Source: Octopus sinensis (Eukaryota). From it: 64,000 nt of DNA. Each line of letters starts with the position of its first letter. Within the stretch, counting starts at the first letter, position 1. The notes under the pieces are model-generated. The model was not told where the DNA came from, searched no databases, and worked only from the letters and a program-made list of their open reading frames with translations. The translations under genes were made by a program, and so were the position numbers. The stretch spans positions 107,880,001 through 107,944,000 of the forward strand of contig NC_043000.1 in NCBI RefSeq assembly GCF_006345805.1, given 5' to 3'. Below, in pieces: positions 11,866 through 24,635 of the stretch.

Positions 11866-12705
11866 TTGGGTTGAGGAATAGTTCTAAAGCGTTTTTTTCC
11901 AAACATATCAAACAAAATAACTACAAAAAATTAATTAAATATCTACTCTCCGTTCTTGTTTACGACTTCCTCTCATCGTTCAATAAAATTTTCGATGCCT
12001 CGGCGATAGAAGTCTCCCAGTCTTGACTCAAAGAACTAATCCACCCAAGCCATCAATTCCACGCCATTATTGAACCGTACTCCACGGTGCCTAATCTGGA
12101 GGGTATAGAGGAAAGAGACAGCTCTTCCCCTTTGAGTTCTTGAATCGCGTCTTTGGTTATATTGGTGAGTTTCCGAACCATGCACCGAGTTTTTAAACCT
12201 CGTTCATTGAGTGAAGATGGTTCACCACTTTTTTTTTTATCACAATCCATCTGCGCCGCCAATTCTCTGGTCGTTTGACGTGGATTTTCGTGAAGAAGTT
12301 GATTCAATCGCTCTTCATCAAATTGAATTGGTCGACCGGTGCGTGATCCGTCCTTCAGGTCAAAATTTCCATTTTTGAAGCGCGAAAACAAAAGGCGGGC
12401 GGTACTTTGAAGCATTGCTCCTCCATGCACAGCACAAATCCCTACGAGCAGCTTCGGAAGCCTTAACACATCGATTGAATGCGAAAAGCAAATGGTGTTG
12501 AAAATGCTCAGTTTTGTCCACTTGACATTCCATTTTAATGATCTGAAAATACACAAAAATCAATGACATTAAAAAATCAAAACACACCATCTTGTAGAGC
12601 AAAAACTTCTGTTTTGGGTAACATAAAACATTTTGCCAAATTGTTTTATTTGTGAGTGCGTTTTTAAATTTGAAAAAAAAAACAACCAATTATTCCTCAA
12701 CCTAG
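11866..12705 (-). mobile_element. internally deleted mariner transposon
   Basis: TIRs ttgggttgaggaata / tattcctcaacctag, TA at both ends, transposase remnant inside. Confidence 0.9.
11933..12533 (-). pseudogene. mariner (DD34D-type) transposase remnant, catalytic core largely deleted
   Basis: MECQVDKTEHFQHHLLFAFN; RFKNGNFDLKDGSRTGRP; ENPRQTTRELA; KDAIQELK; FFES..FYRRGIE..ER.EEVVN..GE. Confidence 0.9.
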
Positions 12706-13818
12706 TACATGGGTATTTATTCTGATATTTTGCGCCACAGTTCGACGACAGGTTAGACAATTTTTACTTTGATAATACGGGTTATTACAACAAGAATATA
12801 GAAGTGGAATGTTTAAGTGGACTAGGACTCACTCTCTCTCTCTCCCTTTCTCTCGCTATATGCGTGTGTGCGCGCGCGTGCGTGTGCGTGTGTGTGTGTG
12901 TGTGGGGGGGGGGTCGTACGTATGTGTGTATATGTATGTGTGCGTATGTGTGTGTATTTGTGTGTGCGGTGTGGTTTATTGATCAGGGTATATCACAACA
13001 ATGTGTGAAGTCCATTTTATAAATCAAAAGTTTACTAAATTTCTGAAATATGATTTTTTGTCAGTTGATGATAAAATATATCTATAACTAAATAGCTTAT
13101 ATGAAAATATTGTCAATGAAAAATGCGTAAGATAAGTGTAATAATTCGTTAATCTAGTGCTCCACATATAGTACTATCATCTAGTCTATTTCCAATTAAG
13201 TGGTGTGTTTACCAATGTAGTGTAGTGCAAGCCCACATACATATATGCATATATGTGTGTGTATGTGTTTGTGTGCGTGTATTGTTGTTTAACACGGATT
13301 ATATTAATATTGACTTCGAAGATTCGGAGCCATCGTCAGACGAGTACATTTGAGTTCATCTTCGCTTTTCATAGTCTTTGTTAAGCTAAACTTTTTCAGG
13401 TTAAGGTGTGTTCTGTTGAATGGTAATTATATTGTATGGTACTTTGTGATGGCAATCTGCTTTGGGGAATTTCTATTCATTAAATCTGGAGAAGTCACTG
13501 TCTATAGTATTCTTGTTAAGGAATAATAAATTTAGACTTTATCAAACGTACTGAGTAATCCTTCAATTTTATGTAAAATTGTCTTCATTATAAAATAAAA
13601 AAAATCAAACGTCAACACACACACCTCAGAAAAATAAATTTAATAAAGACTCAATATCATTATAAAGTATTTTTTATAACTAAAAATGTTGACTGCTGTT
13701 TCAAAGTTTCCTCTTGAAATTCGGTTGATTATAATATCAATAAGCATGATACATACATACAAGTATCTATATGTATAAGTATTTATATATATTGTGCATA
13801 TATATGTATATACATACG

Positions 13819-13856
<38 letters not shown>

Positions 13857-13864
13857 ATATATGT

Positions 13865-13907
<43 letters not shown>

Positions 13908-13946
13908 CGTGTGTGTATATATATTATATATATATGTTCGTATATA

Positions 13947-13999
<53 letters not shown>

Positions 14000-14009
14000 G
14001 TGTATATTT

Positions 14010-14250
14010 AAAGGGCTAGAGACCACTATGTGGACAGCCTTATGCTAGAAGTAGATCACCTACTATCAAACTACAAAGAAAGGATATTCTCTAGAGAAAA
14101 ATTCAGCGGACACTAGAACAATATGCGGGCAAGACAGATGAAAATTATATAAAAAAAACAAGAATTAATCGGAAACCGGTTTCGCCTATTAACGAATAAA
14201 TCACTTACGTAATCCTTCGTCAGTAGGACTCGTCAGTACGATCGTTCCAA
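14010..14250 (-). mobile_element. non-coding hammerhead mini-element in (TA)n
   Basis: 3' end abuts (TA)n; ccactatgtggac...ctagaagtagatc shared with the 22803 element; carries an HHR. Confidence 0.7.
14167..14243 (-). ncRNA. type-I hammerhead ribozyme, near intact
   Basis: CUGACGA, ~13-bp stem II, GAAA-CCGG-UU, stem I 6 of 7 pairs. Confidence 0.7.
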
Positions 14251-14438
14251 AAGCAATATAATTTGTAAAACCAACCGTCAGTTTTCCGTATAAAAACAAA
14301 CACGTGCTTAGTTCCACCGATTACATTGGGGTTAATTTCAAATGTCTGAGTTTTAGGCGCTAAATTCCGGACACAAAACCTGCAGTAAATAATTTACTGC
14401 AGTTAATACTGCCTATTAGAGAACATATTTATTTTAAC

Positions 14439-14515
14439 ATTTAAATAATGAGGGAGATAAATCGAATATTATGGTTTTAAATTAATATTCAATTTATCTC
14501 CCTCATTATTTAAAT
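14439..14515. repeat. short inverted pair of a mini-element end
   Basis: 33-bp arms (1 mismatch), 11-bp spacer; aataatgaggg motif also at ~22710 and ~46605. Confidence 0.85.
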
Positions 14516-14704
14516 ATATATGTAAAGGCACATCTTTGATGCAAGTTTGATGACCTGCCAGTCTAAAGTCGAAACCCGCAAGCAGAACGTACATTTTCAC
14601 TTCCAAAATTTGCGGTAAGTGGCGTTGCAAGCAGATTTGGTAAAGAAACAATTGTAAGGAATCATTAAAGATGTGTTAAAGAAGTTCTTTATTTCCTTAT
14701 TTGG

Positions 14705-14766
<62 letters not shown>

Positions 14767-15444
14767 TATATATGCGCCACGTCCAATATACAGTATCTCA
14801 CACGCGATCCACCGATGCAAGATGTACCAATACGATCGTTGTGATCAATAAAGAATCTTGTGAATTCCAATTTTCTTTCTTTTTTTTTTGCTCATTCTTT
14901 ATTTTTTTGTGTGTATTTTACTGTATTTTGTTGTGGATAAGCGATGTCATACTTTGAGAAGTATTCGAAAAGATTCGGAGACTACCGTCTCAATTTTGGC
15001 AAGAAAAGACAACAAAGATAAAAATACAAAATAAAGAAAATGGAAGGAGATATATTCAGGAATTACTCTTAAGATATTTTCTTCATTTCATATGTTTGTA
15101 TTGTTTCTTCTTTTGAACAGTTTTTACTTTTCTTCATTTTGCAAATTTTTCTCACGTGTCATACGCACATACATGCTCACATACACGCGCGCGCGCATGT
15201 ATATGTATGTGCGCGTGTGTACATGTGACTATCGGTGTTTGTGTCTGTGCGTAATGCTTTTGACAAATTACTTGTCATGTAAATAATACTTAAATTGTGA
15301 ACGCATACTATATATGTGTGTGTATATATATATGCATATATATATGTATATAAATATTCATATATATATATTATATATATATATATTATATGCATACATA
15401 TATACATACATACATCTATACATTAATATATATATATATGTATA

Positions 15445-15485
<41 letters not shown>

Positions 15486-15608
15486 TATATATATAAAATA
15501 ATAAAAAGTGAAAAAACTACAGAAGGCTTGTTTTAAAAGGTTAAAAAATATATATTTGAGTCATTATGTCAGAAGAATGTTATAAATTTTTTCATACAAT
15601 GACATAGT

Positions 15609-15646
15609 TTTTGAAGAAAGACCGGTTTCGCGTTCAGCTTTTCAAA
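15609..15646 (-). ncRNA. hammerhead remnant with stem II deleted, in PLE 3' UTR
   Basis: uuugaaaag-CUGAAC-GC-GAAA-CCGG-UC-uuucuucaaa; stem I of 9 bp with one bulge. Confidence 0.55.
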
Positions 15647-15744
15647 TTTCTTACATCGTTATGGTTTCGTTGAGAAGTGTAAAAAAGAGTTCCGGGTAAG
15701 GGGAGGTAATAAGTGATTTCTTCCGGTGTAAGGGAGATAATCGC

Positions 15745-17075
15745 TTAATATTTCTTGCCTTTTTTTTGGGAGGGGGGTGAGTTTCTCAGTATAAGAATGT
15801 TGGAGTGGTTAAGTTTGGGCGTATATTTTTCAATGAAAAATGTTTCCTTGTTTAGTCTAATTTGTGTTGGTGTTCCAATAGCACATTGGTAAAATGGAAA
15901 GATTAAAAATTGTGGTAGTAGTTGCTTTGCGCATTTCTCAATGTGCTCACTAAAGGGTATCATTCTGTATTCTGGGAATGCAATCTGTTGTCGATGCAGT
16001 GTGCATCTACGTCTGAGTGATAGTCCCGTGGACCCCACGTAGTTTTGGTGGCAGCCCGAGCATCTTATGACATAAATTATGTTTTCAGAGGCACAAGTAA
16101 AATTAGATTTGATCTTGAATTTTTGTCCCTCTTTGAAGAGGAATTCTGATCCTTCTACCAGGTTTGGACATGTTGCACAGTTCGGTCTGCCGCATTTTTT
16201 TACTTTTGCATCCGTAATTTCAGAAAACAATTTTGCCTTTGTGAGAATCTTTATAAGTGATTTAGGTTGTTTGTAGCTTTCAATGATTTTGTGTATGTTT
16301 AGAATTTCCTTCAATTTGGGGTCCGTATGAAGTATTGGTAAATTCTGGGTGATGATGGTGAAGGCTTCTTTGTTTCTGGGATTGTATGTGGATATGTAAG
16401 GTAGTAGTTTCGGGGAAGGTGTGTTGTTGTGTTGAACTTTTCTCTAAGTTTCTATGTCGATTTCTGTTGCCCGTCTGATCCCATCCTCTATGTGTTGAGC
16501 TGGGTAATGTCTGTCAATTAGGGTGTTTTTGAGTTCTTGTAGTCTAAAGTTCCTGGTATTTTTTATTCTGACACTATTGTGCATATCCTTCTTGCAAGGT
16601 TGAAGGGGATGTTTGTTTTAGTGTGTCTTGGGTGGCATGAATCAAAAAGTAGGTATTGTTTGGCGTCTGTGGCTTTGTAAAAAATGTCTGTTTCTATTTT
16701 AAGGTTAATTTTTTAATTAGTATATCCAAGAATGGGAGCTCCTTTTGGTTGTATTCCATTGTGAACTGTATATTTGGGTTTATGCTGTTCAATAGGTTTT
16801 TGAATTTTAGGAGTTTATCTGTGTTTTCATTCCAGAGTATAAAACAATCGTCCAGGAATCGTTTCCAATTCGCTTTGATGTATTGAGAGAGGGGGTTTCC
16901 AAAGATTGATAAAGATTCCTGGTAAATGATTATTTCCAGGTAGCCCATTGTTAGGTTCGCAATGACTGGTGCTCCCTTGTACCCATAACAATTCCGGATT
17001 TTTGACGGTAAATTGTATTGTCAAACATGAAGTGGTTATTATGTAGGATGAATTCAATTGATTTAGTAATGAATT
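15745..17075 (-). pseudogene. PLE reverse transcriptase + GIY-YIG endonuclease (frameshifts and stops)
   Basis: GIVMGT..AP..ANL.MG, WKRFLDDCF, PFLD, KATDAKQYL..SCHP; CGRPNCATC..C..ENIIYVIRCSGC..YVGST, ETFFIEKYTPKLN. Confidence 0.92.
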
Positions 17076-18189
17076 CTTAAACACAACGGGACATCACATT
17101 TGCAAATAATGAGGGCGCGGGCATCTTGACATATTTATGAATTCGCTCACCAAGTAAAACACAGAATATTGTCTCTCATCTTCGAACTAGGAACCATGTC
17201 ATCAACAGGTTTTAATGAGTGTTTTCTTTCCTTCCTGCATCTCCGTTTAGTGCAGTGATCCCAGTCTTAAATATTAGCTCACATTTTGTCTAAATTTTAC
17301 CCCTCCACCTAATCTTCACTCGTTTCTCCTCTTCTTATTTTCGTTCTTATTTCCTTTTCCATTGATATTATTTCTTCTTCCTGTCTACATATACAAACTC
17401 ACAGCATTTTAAGTTCCCCATCAGCTGCAGCCAGTTTATTAAATATAACAAAGTGTTAAACTATAACGTCTTTATTTCCCTTCTGTAATCTTTACCTTGA
17501 AGAAAGACTCTGAAACTGCGGACACGACCCGGTAGGGTACAATTCAGTATGCTATGTCTTCTTAAAATGTCATGCTGAGTCATACACTGCCTTCTTGGAT
17601 TCTGCCGACTCAACTCATAACTTCTGGGGCTCTGTTTTGCTTTGTACACGTGCGCTCGTGCACACACACACGCACGCACAAACACACATACACACATACA
17701 CACACGCATAGTTGTATGCATTTGTTTACGCGAATAAGAAGATGGAGTAAGTTGTCGGTAGTAGTGATGCGTGAAAATGCTGGATGAGATGCGGCAGTGA
17801 TCATAGTGGTGATGATGATAATGATGGCAATCTTTGTGGTAGTCCCGTTTGCCTTCCTTTTTACTCTCCCTTTTCTCCATTATAATATCCGTAGATGTGT
17901 CTGCTTCGATTTTCTGACAGGATCAACTGGCGGCAAATAGACTAGGGATTTGAATTTGTCATCATATTTATACAAAAAAATCTGCTTATGTTCACTTTTC
18001 CCATTTTCTCATCAGTTGAAAAATCCGATTGTCCTAAGAACTGATGATTTAAACATAATGGAAAAAGATATTTATTTAGTGATGTAATTAAATGTATTGA
18101 AATTCAGCCCTCAAACATATCACACAAACCATATCTACTTTCGTTCGAATCACATGCTATGTTTCTTAATGTGAACATACACTCACATC

Positions 18190-18408
18190 TCTTTACTCTT
18201 TTTACTCTTTTACTTGTTTCAGTCATTTGACTGCGGCCATGCTGGAGCACCGCCTTTAGTCGACTAAATCGCCCCCAGGACATATTCTTTGTAAGCCCAG
18301 TACTTATTCTATCGGTCTCTTTTGCCGAACCGCTAAGTTACGGGGACATAAACACACCAGCATCGGTTGTCAAGTGATGTTGGAGGGGGGGGGGGCACAG
18401 ACACACAA

Positions 18409-18454
<46 letters not shown>

Positions 18455-18615
18455 CTACACATATATACGACAGATTTCTTTCAGTTTTCGTCTACCAAAT
18501 CCACTCACAAGGCTTTGGTCGACCCGAGGCTATAGTAGAAGATACTTGCCCAAGATGTCACGCAGTGGGACTGAACCCAGAACCATGTGGCTGGTAAGCA
18601 AGCTACTCCTGCGCC
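18190..18615 (-). mobile_element. SINE family A, full length
   Basis: Reverse complement of the 5844-6292 pattern. Confidence 0.9.
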
Positions 18616-18659
18616 TATACATCTGCGCCTATATACATGTGTATATAAGTATATATGAC

Positions 18660-19450
18660 TCAATGATGGAGCATCTATGTGGTACTTGTCATGCTAGAAA
18701 TAAAAACAATATCACTTTAGATTCGAAAAGCTTGTTGTCACAGGAAAGCAGAGCACATTCAGTGATATAGTCATAGGTACATATGAGATGACATGGTTCA
18801 ATATCTGCTTGAATCGCATTGATCTGGTGTTACGCAGCACATTTTAAATGAGTTAGCTATTTGTGAACCATGTAAAGGATATTACAAATTGGCTGTTACT
18901 GGGGATAAATTTACAATTTCACATTTAAGTCTATATTTCCTGTCTTTAGGCATTGGGTTATATATTGAAGGCAATTACATTACCAGAGAGTTACGATTAA
19001 CGTCTTAAACAACTATGTACTTTTTTTTGCTGCACAGAGCTTTGGTTTTTCGTATGTCTCTTATGTATAGTTGTGACTTAACTTAAATATGAGTGATTTG
19101 GGCACAAATAAAATATTCTACTGTATTTGTATTCTTTGCTCTTATAACATTTTATTATTCGTGAAGTTTGGTGGGATATTCACTCTGCAAATCTCTGATT
19201 GGGATCAGTGTTACTAGTGCAGCAGAGAAGAAAGTTATAACTTCCATACTGAAACTGCAGTGAAGGTCACTGGGTCGCTTTGGATAAAGAGAGAACACTA
19301 GTGGTTTCTTGCTATTGGGATGCAAGCTGAGACTTCATCAAACACACCTTCTGGGTGAAGAAGTGCTATAGATGAAAGACACAAAAATCCCTCAAACCCA
19401 GAAACAGCTTCGTTGATGCATGCAAGAGCGTCGTCGTGATGGATATTAAA
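18660..19450 (-). pseudogene. possible ancient Helitron Rep-C/PIF1 helicase remnant
   Basis: Weak motif echoes across broken frames (DEVSA..P..R..F.FI..DP...W; TANL..HG..AHS.FK-like; KLFESKVILL). Confidence 0.3.
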
Positions 19451-20066
19451 ACAAGGTGAAATTCAGCGAAACACGAAATATGATTTATGAATAAATATCT
19501 CAATGGAACGCTGTTTTCAATAACACCCATCGTTCTCTACTAAGAAAAGGAGGTTCTTAACGTACATTCAGAATACATCGCCTTTTAAAAATTACTGTAG
19601 TTTTGAATTTAATACAGAAAAGGACGAAAATACATCGCTCTATGGATTTTCGACTTATCTAAAAGCACAGAAACATCGAAATTTGCCTCATCGCATACAA
19701 CTTCATCAACATCGAATTCATGAAATATATTGCAGCGTGAACCTCTTAACATACTGGAAGGAACAAGTGTATTTTTTTAAATCGCATCTGTTACGAATCG
19801 TATCAAGTGAAGTTTATATTACAGGTTGTAGTCTTAGATACCCCTCTGGCTATACGCCTGTTCAACGAAGGCTGCCATAGAACTATATAGAACTATATAA
19901 TGAACATCAACAAATTCATGGTAGCAAAGTCACACCTGAGGCTGTTTGTAGTAATATTTGTGTGACTTCTATGTTGTTAACAATGAAGACTCTCTCTCTA
20001 TGTAATTATTTTGTTTCAATCAAATCAAACCGCTCTAAAGTTTTCGTTAGGCGTAGGTATTATTAT

Positions 20067-20239
20067 GTGGCTAAGAAGCTCGACCGACAACCACGAGGTT
20101 ACGAATTCAGGCCCATTACGCGCGTGACACGTTGGGTGTGTGTCTTCTTCTGTAGCCCATGCCCGACCAATTCCTTCAGAGAAAATTTGGCAAGCAGAAA
20201 CTGTGTGAAATCTGTTGTCTGTGTATCTGTGTGCGTGAG

Positions 20240-20282
<43 letters not shown>

Positions 20283-20825
20283 GGATTAAGCAACAAGTTG
20301 CTTCACCACATACCAAAAATTTAGAAATAGCAGCGAAAGACAGCTCATTCCTTTTTACTACAGATATGACTCCACAGATAACAATATTTGTAATTCACAT
20401 AGGCAAAAAGAAGGAAAATAACGAAATCAAACAGTCTTCGATTAATTATGGATGCGTTTCTGAATTAGAATTATACAAATTCATTTCCGTCATCAACATA
20501 ATATTTCGAGAATTTATAAATCTGAAAATGCTAGGAACCTACCCTTTGCATCCCGATCAAGCCCCATCGGTACATATTTATATATGTACCTATGTGTGTA
20601 TGTATGTATAGATATGTGCGTCTTGCATTTGTGTTCGTTCCCCACCGCTTAAAAACTGGTGTTAGTTTGTTTACGTCCTCGTAATTTAGCGGTTCATTAA
20701 AAGAAAGCAATAAAATGCATAACGGATTAATAAAAAAAAGTGCTAAGTTCGATTTCTTTGACCAAACCTTTCCAGATGATATCCTAGCATAGTCGAAGTA
20801 CAATAACTGAAACAAAAGATAAAAC
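20067..20825 (+). mobile_element. old SINE family A, interrupted (head ~20067-20225, tail ~20600-20825)
   Basis: Divergent matches to both halves of family A. Confidence 0.55.
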
Positions 20826-20840
20826 ATAGTGCCTGCAAAT

Positions 20841-21038
20841 TTTGGCACAAGGCCCGCAGTTCCGGGGGAGGCGATAAGTCAATTACATCGAGCCTAATGC
20901 TCAGCTAGAACGTATTTTATCGGACCTGATCAGGAAAGTCGATTTTGGCCCGATTTGAAATGAAAACATAAAGGCGGACGAATTACCGCCATGAATTTTG
21001 CCCGCTGTGCTAATGGTCCTGGCATCTCACCACCTTAA
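20841..21038 (-). mobile_element. decayed SINE family B
   Basis: ttttggcacaaggcc...cattttgcccg-like...caccacctt. Confidence 0.65.
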
Positions 21039-21429
21039 ATATATTTAATGTATTAAATAGTAAAAATAGTATTTCCAATAAACAGTTCCTGTCTTTCAGT
21101 TTTCTGTTGAAATTGATTCAGAAAATTGTTACTTCGGTCAATTATTTTATGGAGCCACTGCTTTCGATCAATTATATTTCGATTACCTGTTTTCTATAAA
21201 TTGACACCTCACGGCATCTTCCATTTTTCTCTCTTTAAATTTCTCGTGTTACCTTCGTTTGTTTCCTTAATGTGCATGCGAATAGGAAAATGGGCTTTAA
21301 CAATGAATTTAAACATTAATTTTTTTCTCCTCTAAAATTGTTTCTCATTAGCCTATTTTTTCAAAAAAAAAAAGAACTTAATTATCGGGACATTCTCAAG
21401 CTAACGGTGCAATATTTCTCACAAGATTA

Positions 21430-21556
21430 TAATGTTGGTGATAGTGATGTTGATAATGATGATGACGGTGATGATGTTGATGATGATGATGATGAAGGTA
21501 GTGGTGGTTTATGATAATAATGATGATATTGGCGATGATGATGATGGTGATGCTGG

Positions 21557-21602
<46 letters not shown>
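21430..21602. repeat. (GAT)n microsatellite
   Basis: Direct reading. Confidence 0.95.
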
Positions 21603-21603
<1 letters not shown>

Positions 21604-21862
21604 GGAAATATGATTATCGTTGGGTTAAGATGTGCCGATCCGTTCACTATTTGTTAATCTACTTCCGTACTAATTCCGTATTCATTGTAACTGTTTCATA
21701 TTTATACTCAATAAAATATCTATAGTCCAGCGAAGTGACCCAGAATTTACTCAACGTATGACACACAGTGGGATTGCTTACTTTAAGTAATCCTAGGTGC
21801 TCTTTACAACTCGATGCGATTAGCCATAACCTGGAATATAACTGACTGCCCGGAAGTACCCG

Positions 21863-21899
<37 letters not shown>

Positions 21900-22802
21900 C
21901 CAGTCGCCCAGTCGTGTCTGTATGGTAAGAAGATTTCTTCCCAACCACGAGGTTCACGGTTCAGTGTCACTGCGTGGAAATCGGGCGTCTTCTACTATAG
22001 CGCTGGGCTCCATGTATTACTGATGCCTTTGGTTTCATGTTAAGAAAAATATCTTAATATCTTAACAAGTTTTCAAGCCAATCTCATGGAGAAATGGTGT
22101 TCGTCTCCATTTTATATAAAAACACAAAGTCTCGTTGTATTCGCGGAGATTGTCGGGAAGAAAATAATAAATCAAAGAGCGCTATTCTGGGATGACATCT
22201 CTTGTGTTGTTATCTCCCTTGGATTTGACTCTCGGGAAAACCGTCATACTTGATGATAAATTTGTTTGCATTATATTTGTCATGTGATGCTCTTGAAAAA
22301 TTGTCAAGATTGAAGAGATTGCTTTCAGAACCTGCATCGTAATGACTTTTGAGTAATTGTGTAAAACAACTTGAATATATCTGATTTTGATGATGATGAT
22401 GATGGTATCTGTCCCAGTTTGAATGAAAAAAATTTCACGGGCGTGAAGCCAGCAGCTTGCAGAGTGTGTTTTAATGGTTATCATGAAATCGACCGAATAT
22501 GCACGTTTACGAGGTTTGCAAGTAAGACCTCTATTAAACCAGTGAAATTCTGTCCACGAATGCGGTGTTGAGCACTCATTATCACCGTTAAACATTCACG
22601 TATACATATAGACATATATACATATATATATGTACATATATATGTACATATATATGTACATATATATGTATATATATGTGTGTATATATATATATATAAG
22701 TAAAGTCAAAATGAGGGTGAAAAAATTGGATATTAATTTAATAACATCAATTTAAACACCAGTGGCCTTGCGCAAAAAGACTGAGATTCAGTAAATATTA
22801 TC

Positions 22803-22986
22803 AATACACAAATATGAGAGAGAATCCACTATGTGGACGCTCTTACGCTAGATATAGATCCGCAAAGGGACTCAACCACTAAGAATTGTTCTGAAGAAAA
22901 AATTTCTCGCACACTAAGATCCTTTGCGGATCTATATCTAGCGTAAGAGCGTCCACATAGTGGATTCTCTCTCATATTTGTGTATT
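22803..22986. mobile_element. mini-element with perfect inverted duplicate
   Basis: 66-bp identical arms (22803-22868 / 22921-22986), 52-bp spacer; arm plus spacer homologous to 14030-14115. Confidence 0.85.
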
Positions 22987-22995
22987 AATTATATA

Positions 22996-23070
<75 letters not shown>

Positions 23071-23097
23071 ATATATATATGCACATATACACACACC

Positions 23098-23152
<55 letters not shown>

Positions 23153-23182
23153 ATATATATATGCACATATACACACACCCAT

Positions 23183-23226
<44 letters not shown>

Positions 23227-23274
23227 GATGCTAACATTAAATTCAACTTACGATGAAAGTAAGCGAAAAAGTTT

Positions 23275-23470
23275 GTTGTTTAGTGTAGCTTGAAGGTAAA
23301 GCATTTGACGCGTAATCACAGGGATGTCAGTTCGAGTCTCATGGCTGGCGGGTAACGAATTTTTCTGCAACATGTGTATAGTTTATCCTGTTCATGCTAT
23401 TTGATTAGCATTATTATGTGTTTGAGAATAAATTATTTCTGTAACTTTCAATATATTTATGTATAGGGTC
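23275..23470 (+). mobile_element. tRNA-headed element family E
   Basis: tagcttgaaggtaaagc...gacgcgtaatcacagggatgtcagttcgagtctcat (A/B-box-like); body homologous to the arms of 51068-51342. Confidence 0.65.
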
Positions 23471-23743
23471 GGTAGAGTAAGCCGGATAGAGTTAAATTCT
23501 CGAGAACGTATTTATTTATTTATTTTAACCGATGAAAATTTACAAAAGTGACTTAGGTGGCGAGAGTTTAGCACATGACTCTTATCAAAGAGAGGCTGAT
23601 GACTACAATGCACGAAACTCTCGTTATATGAGTCACATGGTAATCTGTTTGTCCATTTTTATATATCTCTCTCTCTATCTCTATCTTCCCCTCCCTCTCT
23701 ATCTCTATCTCCCCCACTCTCTCTCTGTCTATCTATCCATCTG

Positions 23744-23843
<100 letters not shown>

Positions 23844-24364
23844 CCTATATGTACGTATATGTATAACAAAACCGACAAAAATATAAAAACAATGAAGAAA
23901 CCTCCCAAAAATCGATAGCAATCTCATATCACATTAAGATTAGGTTTGATACAGGAGTATATTTAACTATAAATCACCATATTGTCTATCATCAATATTT
24001 ACTGCATGGTAAATTGCAGCGAACCTTCATTATCGTGTCAGAGTATAGAAAACAGGAAGGAACAAAATTACGTTTAATAACATTGTTATCATGTATAAAA
24101 TAAAGCAATACGGAGCGAAAAAAATCCCTCAATTTTCCAGTTAATATTTTTTATACGTTTGTAACCTGTCTCCCATAAAAATGTGTATAACTTGCAGACG
24201 TTCATCAATATCTCCTCCGGAGTTTATATGACTTTATTTTAATTACAATCAGCGCAAATAGTATGGAAGTAGATCGATAGAATTTTTATGATGTTGCTAT
24301 AACACTTTATTATTATGATGACTAGCAAATATTCTCCGTCTTTTTCTGTATGTACGTATGCATG

Positions 24365-24409
<45 letters not shown>

Positions 24410-24413
<4 letters not shown>

Positions 24414-24635
24414 AGGCGCGTGTCTTAGTGGTTAGGGTGTCAGCATCATGATCGTAAGATTGTGGTTTCCATTCCTGGACCGGGCGACGTGTTGTGTTCT
24501 TGAGCAAAACACTTCATTTCACGTTGCTCCAGTCCACCAAGCTGGCAAAAATGAGTAACGCTGCGATGGACTGGCACCCCATCCAGCTGGCGAATACATA
24601 CGCCATTGAAACCGGGATACCGGGCCCATATAAGG
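24410..24635 (+). mobile_element. tRNA-headed SINE family D
   Basis: Head gtggaggcgcgtgtcttagtggttaggg similar to family C; distinct body with gcgatggactggcaccccatccag. Confidence 0.8.

Larger units (their letters stand above)
15495..17075 (-). mobile_element. Penelope-like retroelement, 5'-truncated, inserted in (TA)n
   Basis: RT + GIY-YIG coding remnant, ~250-bp 3' UTR with HHR remnant, 3' end abutting (TA)n. Confidence 0.92.

Noticed and set aside
13300-13570. Possible PLE 3' end with CUGACGA on the minus strand
   Set aside because: No convincing protein motif and no stems II or III; cannot be supported by eye.
15745-17075. Selenocysteine recoding as reported for some Naiad PLEs
   Set aside because: All endonuclease cysteines are encoded normally, and the in-frame stops I traced are TAA/TAG, not TGA.
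22371-22571. 66-aa Cys-containing ORF
   Set aside because: No recognisable domain or splice context; flanking frames are closed.
23275-23345. Functional tRNA gene (also the heads of SINEs A-D)
   Set aside because: A/B-box-like motifs are present but there is no complete cloverleaf or acceptor stem, and each continues into a repeat body.
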